Source of the DNA: a virus
Taxonomy: Duplodnaviria; Heunggongvirae; Uroviricota; Caudoviricetes
DNA: 49,107 bases
Strand: one strand, 5' to 3'
IMG/VR virus record: IMGVR_UViG_2563366861_000002
Numbering within the stretch: position 1 is the stretch's first letter; every line of letters begins with the position of its first letter. Made by a program: the position numbers and the translations under genes. The notes under the pieces are model-generated. The model saw nothing but the letters and a program-made list of their open reading frames with translations, searched no databases and was not told the DNA's origin. Positions 17,115 through 26,611 of the stretch are shown here, one piece after another.

Positions 17115-17308
17115 GATTATTGTCTGGCCGGCGGGAAGTTTGTTAAAAAATTTCGCATGGTGAATCCCCCTGTGCGGAGGGGTAATCAGCGAGTAGGTAT
17201 ATGGGATAATCGCGGATTCAGGTGCTGGTACTGAATTCACCGGGAGGCACCCGGCACCATGCAATGGCACATAGCGCCACTCTCCAGCCCCTCTCCGGAG
17301 GGGCTGTT
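17115..17308 (+). ncRNA. candidate structured small RNA / small transcription unit, copy B
   Basis: Same architecture as copy A; internal hairpin differs by compensatory changes (CCCCTCAGCGGCGGGG vs CCCCCTGTGCGGAGGGG). Confidence 0.35.
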
Positions 17309-17340
17309 TATATTGATTTTGTCAGATGTGAGTAAACTCC

Positions 17341-17676
17341 TTATGGACTTTGTTGTTTTAGCCCATAAGGACATATTTGCAGAGTGCAACGGTTATTAAA
17401 GCATTCATTCAATACGTTATCTGTATTTGTAGGGCATTCCTGGCTGTTTTTGATTAAATTCCAGAATGTTTTATTGAATGGTACTACGTTGTAAATGGTT
17501 ACAGGTAGCACTTTGTTATTGAGCATGATGCCTGTGTGAGTCAGTGTAAATATACTTTCAGGAGGTAAGAAAGCATCCGATTGATACCAGATTATTAATT
17601 TTATTTTACTCCATATGACTGAAAAAGATATTCCGCATGATGGCTGGATAACTGTATCAATCACAATCCACTTCAT
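17341..17676 (-). CDS. hypothetical protein (very AT-rich ORF)
   Basis: 111-aa ORF in AT-rich segment upstream of esterase gene; no homology recognised; may be spurious. Confidence 0.25.
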   Translation of the reverse strand: MKWIVIDTVIQPSCGISFSVIWSKIKLIIWYQSDAFLPPESIFTLTHTGIMLNNKVLPVTIYNVVPFNKTFWNLIKNSQECPTNTDNVLNECFNNRCTLQICPYGLKQQSP

Positions 17677-17936
17677 TTAGTTTCCTTGTTTATGCCTTGC
17701 TGGTGATGTTCTGAAAAGTATAAATGATATTTTTGATTGTAAACCATAGAGCAGAATTATTTTTCTGATGTTGTTTATTGTTTATTTAAATGCAGGGTGG
17801 TTTATATCTCGTCTTGTAGTTTATCCATGCATATCTGCTTGATGATGAGGTTTTTATTTAAGGTATGGTTTTGTGTTTTTTCTGTATTACATGTCAGGTA
17901 TTTTAAAGAATCATTTTTCAGATGGTGGAAAGAACC

Positions 17937-19793
17937 ATGGCATTTAAACACTATGATGTTGTCAGGGCGGCGTCGCCGTCAGATCTTGCGGAAAAGCTGA
18001 CACATAAACTGAAAGAGGGCTGGCAGCCGTTTGGTAGTCCGGTGGCCATAACCCCTTATACCCTGATGCAGGCGATTGCAGCAGAAGGTGATGTGGTCGT
18101 CAGTGGTGCAACTGAGCCGGAGTGGTACTACGTCATCGTACTGGCCGGGCAATCCAATGCCATGGCTTACGGTGAAGGGCTTCCGCTTCCGGATTCATAC
18201 GATGCGCCCCATCCGCGCATTAAGCAACTGGCCCGTCGTAACACAGTGACTCCCGGTGGTGAAGTATGCGTATTTAACGACATCATTCCTGCTGACCATT
18301 GTCTGCATGATGTTCAGGATATGAGTACGATTAATCATCCCCGGGCTGACCTGAGCAAAGGGCAGTACGGCTGTGTCGGACAGGGCTTACATATTGCCAA
18401 AAAACTGCTTCCGTATATCCCTAATAACGCGGGGATCCTGCTGGTACCATGCTGTCGTGGTGGTTCGGCATTCACCCAGGGCACGGAGGGGACATTCAGC
18501 GAGTCCACGGGGGCCAGTCAGGATTCGGCTCGCTGGGGAGTGGGTAAGCCGTTATATCAGGATCTGCTTTTCCGCACGAAGGCAGCATTGCAGAAAAATC
18601 CGAAAAACGTTTTGCTGGCGATATGCTGGATGCAGGGGGAATTCGATATGACGAATGCCAGTTACGCCCAGCAGCCAGCAGCATTTCTTGCAATGGTACA
18701 GCAGTTCCGTGCTGACCTTGCCGGGCTGGCGGCGCAGTGTCACGGTGGAAGTCCGGCATCAGTCCCCTGGATTTGTGGCGACACGACATACGCGTGGAAA
18801 CAAGAACACGGTACGCAATATGAAGTGGTATATGGTGCATATAAAGGTAAAGAATCCCAGCAGATTTATTTTGTTCCCTTTATGACCGATGGTAGCGGAG
18901 TTAATACACCGACAAACAACCCGTCAGAAGATCCTGATATTGCCGGGTCTGGTTATTACGGTTCGGCATCCCGAACGAACAAAAACTGGGTATCATCAAA
19001 TCGCCCGACGCATTTCAGCTCATGGGCGCGTCGTGGCATTATTCCCGATCGTATGGCAACTGCTATTCTGAACGTAGCCGGTCGCACCTTAGCCTTCATT
19101 AGTGGTAAGGCACCGGAAATCAAACCCTCGCCCGGCGGCGACACTCCATCGGGGCCGTCTGATGGTGACACATCCGTTCGTACAGTCTCCCTGCTGCCGA
19201 CAGCCGGAGAGGCTGCTGCGCAGGGCTGGACCATCACCGGCGGCAGTGTTGCGCTGGAAGATGGTGTGTTTAAGGTTACCAAGCAGAGCAATAAAACTTG
19301 GTCCCTGATGCATCCGGTGGATGACGCAGTCTCCCTGCTGACACGGGGTGGCAGACTGAGCTGTAAGTTTCGACTGTCAGGCGCACTGACCAACAACCAG
19401 TTCGGTCTGGGAATTTATCTGTATACCGATGTAGCGTTACCTGACGTCGTGGCGATGACCGGGACTGGTAACCCGTTCCTGATGTCGTTCTTCACCCAGA
19501 CCACAGACGGCAAACTGAATCTGATGCATCACAGGAAAGCAGGAAACACAAAGTTGGGCGAGTTCGGGAATTACAGTAACGACTGGCAGACGCTGGAGCT
19601 GGTGTTCACCGCCGGCAGTGCCACGGTTACTCCGAAACTGAATGGAGTGGCTGGCCCGGCATTCCAGGTCATAAAAGACAGTCTGACACTGGGGCTGAAT
19701 GCGCTGACGCTGACGGATATTACCAAAAATGCAGCGTATGGCGTTGAGATAGAAAGTCTGGTGCTGGAGATAAATGCACCAGCATCATCATAA
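17937..19793 (+). CDS. sialate O-acetylesterase-like protein (prophage NanS-p-type, SGNH/SASA fold)
   Basis: ~618 aa; GQSN motif (VLAGQSNAMAYGEG) of SGNH-type esterases; occupies the Q-tRNA-[stx]-esterase-lysis position known from Stx and related lambdoid prophages. Confidence 0.8.
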   Translation: MAFKHYDVVRAASPSDLAEKLTHKLKEGWQPFGSPVAITPYTLMQAIAAEGDVVVSGATEPEWYYVIVLAGQSNAMAYGEGLPLPDSYDAPHPRIKQLARRNTVTPGGEVCVFNDIIPADHCLHDVQDMSTINHPRADLSKGQYGCVGQGLHIAKKLLPYIPNNAGILLVPCCRGGSAFTQGTEGTFSESTGASQDSARWGVGKPLYQDLLFRTKAALQKNPKNVLLAICWMQGEFDMTNASYAQQPAAFLAMVQQFRADLAGLAAQCHGGSPASVPWICGDTTYAWKQEHGTQYEVVYGAYKGKESQQIYFVPFMTDGSGVNTPTNNPSEDPDIAGSGYYGSASRTNKNWVSSNRPTHFSSWARRGIIPDRMATAILNVAGRTLAFISGKAPEIKPSPGGDTPSGPSDGDTSVRTVSLLPTAGEAAAQGWTITGGSVALEDGVFKVTKQSNKTWSLMHPVDDAVSLLTRGGRLSCKFRLSGALTNNQFGLGIYLYTDVALPDVVAMTGTGNPFLMSFFTQTTDGKLNLMHHRKAGNTKLGEFGNYSNDWQTLELVFTAGSATVTPKLNGVAGPAFQVIKDSLTLGLNALTLTDITKNAAYGVEIESLVLEINAPASS

Positions 19794-19943
19794 AAAGTGA
19801 GCCAGTCAAATGGAAGGTATCGTTAAACTCACCGGTAGTGTCAGTGGGTCGTCTGAGATGCCTGCATGAGTTATCAGAGCCATCAGTACTTAACTGGTGG
19901 CTTTTTTTATTGTTGTCAGCTTCCGGATAACGGGAGACGGGGT

Positions 19944-20159
19944 ATGTACCAGATGGAAAAAATCACAACAGGTGTGTCATACACCACGTCAGCGGTGGGA
20001 ACGGGCTACTGGTTCCTGCAGTTGCTGGACAGGGTTTCCCCGTCTCAGTGGGCGGCAATAGGCGTGCTGGGGAGTCTGCTGTTTGGGCTGCTGACATATC
20101 TGACTAACCTGTATTTCAAAATCAGAGAGGACCGTCGTAAGGCTGCACGGGGAGAGTAA
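19944..20159 (+). CDS. S: class II holin / pinholin (phage 21 S21-like) with dual-start motif
   Basis: MYQMEK dual Met starts; WFLQLLD...[39 protein letters not shown] closely matches S21 as I recall it. Confidence 0.85.
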   Translation: MYQMEKITTGVSYTTSAVGTGYWFLQLLDRVSPSQWAAIGVLGSLLFGLLTYLTNLYFKIREDRRKAARGE

Positions 20160-20163
20160 TTCA

Positions 20164-20478
20164 ATGACTCAAAACTATGAACTGATTGTGAAAGGGATCC
20201 GCAATTTTGAGAATAAAGTTACGGTAACTTTAGCGTTACGGGACAAAAAACGCTTTGACGGTGAAATTTTTGACCTGGACATCTCGCTGGACCGTGTTGA
20301 AGGTGCCGCGCTGGAGTTTTATGAGGCAGCAGCCAGAAGGAGCATCAGACAGGTCTTCATGGATGTTGCTGCCGGGTTATGTGAAGGGGACGAGCTGTTG
20401 CCAGAAACGCGCCCCTGTTCAGAGGCGCGGTATACCATAAAAATTAACAGTTCTGATAACTCGATTACGGGTTGTTAG
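20164..20478 (+). CDS. hypothetical protein inserted between holin and endolysin
   Basis: 104-aa ORF with GGGGAGAG RBS; no TM segment; not present at this position in lambda or phage 21 as far as I recall. Confidence 0.55.
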   Translation: MTQNYELIVKGIRNFENKVTVTLALRDKKRFDGEIFDLDISLDRVEGAALEFYEAAARRSIRQVFMDVAAGLCEGDELLPETRPCSEARYTIKINSSDNSITGC

Positions 20479-20533
20479 CTTTTTGCAGTTGGCTTTCCAG
20501 TATCTTTCATTGGTAGCATCCTGATAAATATCC

Positions 20534-21067
20534 ATGAGCGCAAAAATCAAATACGGCCTGTCAGCTGCTGTTCTGGCGCTGATTGCTGCAGGCGCGTCTG
20601 CTCCTCAAATACTTGACCAGTTTCTGGATGAAAAAGAGGGTAACCACACTACGGCATACCGCGATGGTTCCGGTATATGGACCATCTGTCGTGGTGCCAC
20701 AATGGTGGATGGTAAGCCCGTCATACCGGGAATGAAGCTGTCGAAGGAAAAATGCGACCAGGTTAACGCTATTGAACGTGATAAGGCGCTGGCATGGGTG
20801 GAGCGCAATATTAAAGTACCACTGACCGAACCACAGAAAGCGGGTATAGCGTCATTCTGTCCCTATAACATTGGCCCCGGTAAGTGTTTCCCGTCGACGT
20901 TTTATAAGCGGCTGAATGCCGGTGATCGTAAGGGCGCATGCGAGGCGATTCGCTGGTGGATAAAAGATGGTGGGCGCGATTGCCGCATACGTTCAAATAA
21001 CTGCTATGGACAGGTTATTCGTCGTGACCAGGAAAGCGCATTAGCCTGTTGGGGGATAGATCAGTGA
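20534..21067 (+). CDS. R: SAR-endolysin (lysozyme, phage 21 R21-like)
   Basis: 177 aa; N-terminal signal-anchor-release segment ([16 protein letters not shown]), T4-lysozyme-like core with E/D/T catalytic region ([20 protein letters not shown]). Confidence 0.9.
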   Translation: MSAKIKYGLSAAVLALIAAGASAPQILDQFLDEKEGNHTTAYRDGSGIWTICRGATMVDGKPVIPGMKLSKEKCDQVNAIERDKALAWVERNIKVPLTEPQKAGIASFCPYNIGPGKCFPSTFYKRLNAGDRKGACEAIRWWIKDGGRDCRIRSNNCYGQVIRRDQESALACWGIDQ

Positions 21068-21522
21068 GCAGAGTCGCAGCGATTATTTATACTCTGGTTA
21101 TCTGCACCATCGTCTGCCTGTCATGGGCTGTTAATCATTACCGCGATAACGCCATTACCTACAAAGCCCAGCGCGACAAAAATGCCAGAGAACTGAAGCT
21201 GGCGAACGTGGTAATTACTGACATGCAGATGCGTCAGCGTGATGTAGCAGATCTCGACGCCAGATACACAAAGGAGCTTGCTGATGCTAACGCGACTATC
21301 GAAAGTCTTCGTGCTGATGTTTCTGCTGGGCGTAAGCGCCTGCAAGTCGCCGCCACCTGTGCAAAGTCAACGACCGGAGCCAGCAGCATGGGCGATGGAG
21401 AAAGCCCAAGACTTACAGCAGATGCTGAACTCAATTATTACCGTCTCCGAAGTGGAATCGACAAGATAACCGCTCAGGTCAACTACCTGCAGGAGTACAT
21501 CAGGACGCAGTGCTTAAAATAA
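21064..21522 (+). CDS. Rz: i-spanin Rz
   Basis: N-terminal TM helix then coiled-coil-rich periplasmic domain; overlaps endolysin stop; contains embedded +1-frame Rz1. Confidence 0.75.
   Translation: MSRVAAIIYTLVICTIVCLSWAVNHYRDNAITYKAQRDKNARELKLANVVITDMQMRQRDVADLDARYTKELADANATIESLRADVSAGRKRLQVAATCAKSTTGASSMGDGESPRLTADAELNYYRLRSGIDKITAQVNYLQEYIRTQCLK
21278..21469 (+). CDS. Rz1: o-spanin Rz1 (lipoprotein embedded in Rz)
   Basis: Signal peptide with lipobox (LLGVSAC), Pro-rich mature part ([16 protein letters not shown]), fully within Rz in another frame. Confidence 0.65.
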   Translation: MLMLTRLSKVFVLMFLLGVSACKSPPPVQSQRPEPAAWAMEKAQDLQQMLNSIITVSEVESTR

Positions 21523-21562
21523 TTTTAATTTCACTGAAATTTAATACGTGACTTTCAGGAAA

Positions 21563-21589
21563 ATGCCTCGCAGATGCGGGGCATTTTTG
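21563..21589 (+). terminator. rho-independent terminator after lysis cassette
   Basis: ATGCCTCGCA-ga-TGCGGGGCAT hairpin followed by TTTTT. Confidence 0.65.
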
Positions 21590-21938
21590 TACAGGTATTT
21601 CACCGCGCACCGCAGCGCACTCAACCACGTCGAACCAAACCCTTTGGAATGAGCCTTTGAGTAGTCAGTTAGTGCTGGTGAGCCTTGACGGGCTGATCTC
21701 CTATGCAGCAAAGGTTCATCTCAAAGTAAGACGAACGCTATGACAAACCAAGATTCTATAGACCTATCTGATCTTCGTGGAATGGTCAGTTTTCCAGACA
21801 AAAGGTAATCACCATAGTCGTATGGCTATGAATCTTGTTGCTGCAGATAAGCATTTTGTGATTGAAGTGGTCAAATCTCTCAAATGCAGTAAAATGCAGT
21901 GCGCTATAATTCAATAACGGAGGGAGTAAGGAGAAGTC

Positions 21939-22559
21939 ATGAAAGATCAAGATGTTAGGTTCGCGGTGCATCATAAGCTTTTGAAAGAATCGCATTTAGA
22001 TCCAGACTGCCTTGTGGTCGATGAATTTTCCATATCCCTTGGCGCCAGTAGAGCAGACATTGCTGTAATAAATGGTGTTATACACGGGTACGAGCTCAAA
22101 AGTGAATATGACTCTTTGGAGCGTTTGCCTCTTCAAATCAAGCATTATTCTTCTGTAATGGACAAGGTTACTCTTGTCGTAGCTGAGAAACACCTTGAGG
22201 GAGCATTAAAGTTAATCCCAGGTTGGTGGGGCGTTAAAACGGTTTCTGTTGGGCCAAAAGGCGCCATTCTTATAAAGCACATGCGTGGAGAAAAGCTTAA
22301 TCGAAACCATGACACATTGATGCTCGCTCAATTGCTTTGGAAAGATGAATGTATCGACGTACTTGAACGATGGGGCTATTCCAAAGGAATCAAAAGCAAG
22401 CCCCGATTTGAGTTATGGAATATTATTGCGGAAAATATTCCAATAGCGAATCTCAGGCCTGAAGTCAGAACAGCCTTAAAGAAACGCGTAGGCTGGAAAG
22501 TTAAGGCTTGGCAGGCTGAGTCTGCGCCAACCAATAAAGCTGTCTCACGACTAACGTAA
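21939..22559 (+). CDS. predicted PD-(D/E)xK-fold nuclease-like protein (uncharacterised accessory gene)
   Basis: 206-aa ORF, AT-rich; own -10 TATAAT (21905-21910) and AAGGAG RBS; motif VVDEF...RADIAVINGVIHGYELK fits D...D...ExK nuclease core. Confidence 0.7.
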   Translation: MKDQDVRFAVHHKLLKESHLDPDCLVVDEFSISLGASRADIAVINGVIHGYELKSEYDSLERLPLQIKHYSSVMDKVTLVVAEKHLEGALKLIPGWWGVKTVSVGPKGAILIKHMRGEKLNRNHDTLMLAQLLWKDECIDVLERWGYSKGIKSKPRFELWNIIAENIPIANLRPEVRTALKKRVGWKVKAWQAESAPTNKAVSRLT

Positions 22560-23568
22560 TATGGTGCGTATGTGCAACTTTACGCCATTCTTTAGAGCCG
22601 CCAGATTTGTTAGCGCCTAATGATCTTTGGTAAATGTAATCATCCCCCCAACTAAATTTGGAGCCAAAGACTTGATACTCTGGCGAACTAACAAGGGTAG
22701 TACATAAGTTTTTAGTTTGGCCCCATCCATTTCCTTTAACTGCGGTACCTTTTACAAAGATCCATGAGGTATCGTTCGAATATCTCACTGAGACATACTG
22801 AGACATGAAGCGTGGGTCTACGCTCGTAATGGTAGAGCTAGCGGTGGGATAATCACTAAAACTTGGCGTTCTTCCATTGCTAAAATTCTGTACTACGTAC
22901 ATCCAAAGATCGTATTCATGGCGCGGAATATGATGAACTTGATGTTGCGGTATCCCTGCCTGTGATGCCGGGTATGCGGTTGAAGATAAAATCAAGTTTC
23001 TCCACGGAGCTTGGCCTGATAATGTGTTGACCATGCTTAATGCTTGTTGTTTTAAACTATCAGTTGCGTTTTGAATATCTCCAAAATCAATGATTACATC
23101 AATTAAACTAGGATGAATATTTAAGTGGTTAACCAGACTTGTGAATTGGTGCCATGTCTGGGGGGTGATAGACATAGCGAGCCCATTGATTAAGTTGCGT
23201 TGAACAGCATGTATATAGTTTGTTGAATATGCGGGAGAAACAACAGGGATAATTTCCTTACCATTTACTCTAGCATCTTGGATACACATATCTAGAGGAT
23301 GATGGCGGCTCGAACCATGTTTATCTAAATATTTAACATCCAGCAAAACAGGACGATTGGCTTTCCAGGATGCCGCAAGGTTAATACCGAAGTCAGATAA
23401 GTAAGAACTCAAACTCTTCTTGTAGCATTCGTTTTCATAATCCCAGTCTATGTCTGGAATGGTAATGATCGGAGTAAAACCAGAGAGCGTAGTTTGATCT
23501 AAAAGCATCAGAGATTCATATTCAGCAGGCTTCCATTTCAGCTGTGGATAATATTGATGTTGACTCAT
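22501..23568 (-). CDS. uncharacterised 355-aa protein, convergent partner of the nuclease-like gene
   Basis: AT-rich ORF with AAGGAG RBS and promoter-like upstream region; 3' end overlaps 21939-22559 by 59 bp on opposite strand; no catalytic motif recognised by eye. Confidence 0.7.
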   Translation of the reverse strand: MSQHQYYPQLKWKPAEYESLMLLDQTTLSGFTPIITIPDIDWDYENECYKKSLSSYLSDFGINLAASWKANRPVLLDVKYLDKHGSSRHHPLDMCIQDARVNGKEIIPVVSPAYSTNYIHAVQRNLINGLAMSITPQTWHQFTSLVNHLNIHPSLIDVIIDFGDIQNATDSLKQQALSMVNTLSGQAPWRNLILSSTAYPASQAGIPQHQVHHIPRHEYDLWMYVVQNFSNGRTPSFSDYPTASSTITSVDPRFMSQYVSVRYSNDTSWIFVKGTAVKGNGWGQTKNLCTTLVSSPEYQVFGSKFSWGDDYIYQRSLGANKSGGSKEWRKVAHTHHITLVVRQLYWLAQTQPAKP

Positions 23569-23739
23569 TAAAACTCCTTAAAATCTTTACTTATCCTAAG
23601 TATAGTGTTATGGCGTAACGCCAATTGTTTTTATACACTTGAAAACATTGGGAAAAGTTGAGCTATATCTAAATTTACAAAATTGGATGTTATAGAAATC
23701 GAGGTTTCAACTAGGCATGGAACTGCAAAATTTTTAATG

Positions 23740-23972
23740 CCTGCACGCGAAAGTCGTTGGCGGGTCCTTTCCGGTGATCCAGATCGTTACGGGGCGGCGA
23801 CCTCGCGGGTTTTCGCTATTTATGAAAATTTTTAGGGAAAAATCAGATCCGTTCTTCTTCTTTTTAACTGATTGATTATCAATAGAATTTTAAAAATATA
23901 AAAGGATCTGACAAAGGCTGTTTTTGTTAGAAAACGCCATTTTCAGATCCTTTCTGGTTCCCGGGGGAGTGT
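23740..23972 (+). other. cos site (cosQ-cosN-cosB) for lambda-type DNA packaging
   Basis: GGGCGGCGACCT (23792-23803) is identical to lambda cohesive end; flanks (GTCGTTGGCGGGTCCTTTCCGGTGATCC ... CGCGGGTTTTCGCTATTTATGAAAATTTT) match lambda; directly upstream of Nu1. Confidence 0.8.
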
Positions 23973-24521
23973 ATGAACGTCAATAAGAAAAAACTGGCCG
24001 ATATTTTTGGCGTTGATGTCAGGACCATCACCGCCTGGCAGAGTCAGGGGTTACCACTAGTTTCTGGTGGAGGGAAAGGGACTGAATCAGTTTTTGATAC
24101 AACTGCTGCCATTCAGTGGTATGCGCAGAGGGAAGCTGATATTGAAAACGAAAAACTCCGTAAAGAGATCGAGGATTTGAGGGCTGCCAGCGAATCAGAC
24201 CTTCAGCCCGGCACCATTGATTACGAACGTTACCGACTGACGAAGGCACAGGCCGATGCACAGGAGCTGAAAAATGCTCGTGAGGAAGGCCTTGTCCTCG
24301 AGACGGAGTTATTTACCTACATCTTTCAGCGAGTGGCACAGAATATATCAGGGATCCTTGTCCGTGTCCCTCAGACACTGCAGCGTAAATACCCTGATAT
24401 ATCACCCGTACATCTTGATGCTGTGAAAACTGAAATCGCGAAAGCATCCGATGTGGCTTCTGAAGCCGGTGAGAATGTGCGCAGGTGGATTGATGATTTC
24501 AGACGAACTGAGGGCGGCTAA
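23973..24521 (+). CDS. nu1: terminase small subunit Nu1
   Basis: 182 aa; [19 protein letters not shown]...GGGKG closely matches lambda Nu1. Confidence 0.9.
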   Translation: MNVNKKKLADIFGVDVRTITAWQSQGLPLVSGGGKGTESVFDTTAAIQWYAQREADIENEKLRKEIEDLRAASESDLQPGTIDYERYRLTKAQADAQELKNAREEGLVLETELFTYIFQRVAQNISGILVRVPQTLQRKYPDISPVHLDAVKTEIAKASDVASEAGENVRRWIDDFRRTEGG

Positions 24522-26421
24522 TTCTGCAGGAGCGATAGCAACCGGCCTCCTTGCGCTAAAAATTCCTGTCCCTCTGACGACAGTTCAGTGGGCAGATCGA
24601 CATTATTACCTTCCGAAAGAGTCATCTTACACCCCGGGGCGGTGGGAAACACTGCCGTTTCAGGTTGCCATCATGAACAGCATGGGGAATGACCGGATCC
24701 GCACTGTTAATCTGATTAAATCTGCCCGTGTTGGTTATACAAAGATGTTGCTGGGAGTGGAGGCTTATTTTATTGAGCATAAATCACGCAACAGCCTTCT
24801 TTTCCAGCCCACGGATTCTGCTGCTGAAGATTTTATGAAATCTCATGTGGAACCCACGATCAGGGATGTGCCGGTTTTACTCGATCTTGCACCGTGGTTT
24901 GGGCGTAAACATCGTGATAATACCCTCACGCTGAAACGTTTTTCATCGGGCGTGGGCTTCTGGTGCCTGGGCGGGGCTGCCGCTAAAAACTACCGTGAAA
25001 AATCCGTGGACGTGGTCTGCTATGACGAACTTTCCTCGTTCGAACCGGATGTCGAAAAAGAGGGTTCGCCAACCCTGCTTGGGGATAAACGTATTGAGGG
25101 CTCTGTATGGCCCAAATCCATTCGCGGCTCGACGCCTAAAATCAAAGGCACCTGCCAGATCGAAAAAGCGGCCAACGAGTCGGCGCATTTCATGCGTTTT
25201 TATGTGCCCTGCCCACACTGTGGGGAGGAGCAGTATCTGAAATTTGGCGATGAATCCACGCCTTTTGGCCTTAAATGGGAGAAGGACAGCCCCGAAAGCG
25301 TTTTCTACCTCTGTGAACATCATGGCTGCGTGATCCATCAGTCTGAGCTTGACCAGAGCAACGGGCGGTGGATCTGTGAAAACACGGGGATGTGGACCCG
25401 TGACGGTCTGACGTTTTTCAGCGCCGCGGATAATGAAATTCCGCCGCCGCGCTCCATCACGTTCCATATCTGGACGGCGTACAGTCCGTTCACCACCTGG
25501 GTACAGATAGTCTATGACTGGCTGGATGCACTGAAAGATCCCAACGGCCTGAAAACCTTTGTGAACACCACGCTGGGCGAGACCTGGGAAGAGGCCGTGG
25601 GCGAAAAACTCGATCACCAGGTACTGATGGATAAGGTCGTGCATTACACGGCGGCGGTGCCAGCCCGGGTGGTTTATCTGACGGCGGGCATTGACTCGCA
25701 GCGAAACCGTTTTGAGATGTATGTCTGGGGATGGGCACCGGGAGAGGAAGCTTTTCTGGTGGATAAAATCATCATTATGGGCCGTCCCGATGAGGAAGAG
25801 ACGCTGTTACGTGTGGATGCGGCGATCAACAAAAAATACTGCCATGCAGACGGAACCGAAATGACCATTTCCCGTGTCTGCTGGGACACCGGGGGGATCG
25901 ATGGTGAAATTGTCTATCAGAGGTCAAAAAAACACGGTGTTTTCCGGGTGCTGCCGGTAAAAGGCGCATCTGTCTATGGCAAGCCGGTGATCACCATGCC
26001 GAAAACCCGCAATCAGCGGGGCGTGTATCTGTGTGAAGTGGGGACGGACACCGCAAAAGAAATTCTCTATGCCCGTATGAAAGCCGATCCCACGTCTGCG
26101 GATGAAGCCACGTCGTATGCCATCCGTTTTCCTGATGATCCGGAGATTTTTTCGCAGACAGAGGCGCAGCAACTGGTCGCGGAAGAGCTTGTGGAGAAGT
26201 GGGAAAAAGGAAAGATGCGTCTGCTGTGGGATAACAAAAAGCGGCGTAACGAAGCGCTGGACTGCCTGGTGTATGCCTATGCGGCATTACGTGTGTCCGT
26301 GCAACGCTGGCAGCTTGATCTGGCTGTACTGGCAAAATCCCGGGAAGAAGAGACGACCCGGCCAACCCTTAAAGAACTGGCAGCGAAGCTGTCCGGAGGA
26401 GTGAATGGTTACAGTCGCTGA
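24493..26421 (+). CDS. A: terminase large subunit A
   Basis: ~642 aa; extensive identity to lambda gpA ([12 protein letters not shown]..., [10 protein letters not shown]..., [18 protein letters not shown]); overlaps nu1 3' end. Confidence 0.9.
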   Translation: MISDELRAANSAGAIATGLLALKIPVPLTTVQWADRHYYLPKESSYTPGRWETLPFQVAIMNSMGNDRIRTVNLIKSARVGYTKMLLGVEAYFIEHKSRNSLLFQPTDSAAEDFMKSHVEPTIRDVPVLLDLAPWFGRKHRDNTLTLKRFSSGVGFWCLGGAAAKNYREKSVDVVCYDELSSFEPDVEKEGSPTLLGDKRIEGSVWPKSIRGSTPKIKGTCQIEKAANESAHFMRFYVPCPHCGEEQYLKFGDESTPFGLKWEKDSPESVFYLCEHHGCVIHQSELDQSNGRWICENTGMWTRDGLTFFSAADNEIPPPRSITFHIWTAYSPFTTWVQIVYDWLDALKDPNGLKTFVNTTLGETWEEAVGEKLDHQVLMDKVVHYTAAVPARVVYLTAGIDSQRNRFEMYVWGWAPGEEAFLVDKIIIMGRPDEEETLLRVDAAINKKYCHADGTEMTISRVCWDTGGIDGEIVYQRSKKHGVFRVLPVKGASVYGKPVITMPKTRNQRGVYLCEVGTDTAKEILYARMKADPTSADEATSYAIRFPDDPEIFSQTEAQQLVAEELVEKWEKGKMRLLWDNKKRRNEALDCLVYAYAALRVSVQRWQLDLAVLAKSREEETTRPTLKELAAKLSGGVNGYSR

Positions 26422-26611
26422 ACTACAGGCGCTGCGTCAGGCGCGCCTTGATTTATTAACCGGTAAACGGGTGGTGTCTGTCCAGAAAGATGGTCGCAGA
26501 ATTGAATATACGGCGGCTTCTCTGGATGAGCTTAACCGGGCGATCAATGATGCGGAGTCGGTACTGGGGACAACCCGACGTCGCCGTCGTCCGCTGGGAG
26601 TGAGGTTATGA
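26405..26611 (+). CDS. W: head-tail connector protein W
   Basis: 68 aa; TGKRVVSVQKDGRRIEYTAASL matches lambda gpW. Confidence 0.85.
   Translation: MVTVAELQALRQARLDLLTGKRVVSVQKDGRRIEYTAASLDELNRAINDAESVLGTTRRRRRPLGVRL

Noticed and set aside
24943-25644. 233-aa minus-strand ORF
   Set aside because: Antisense to terminase large subunit A.
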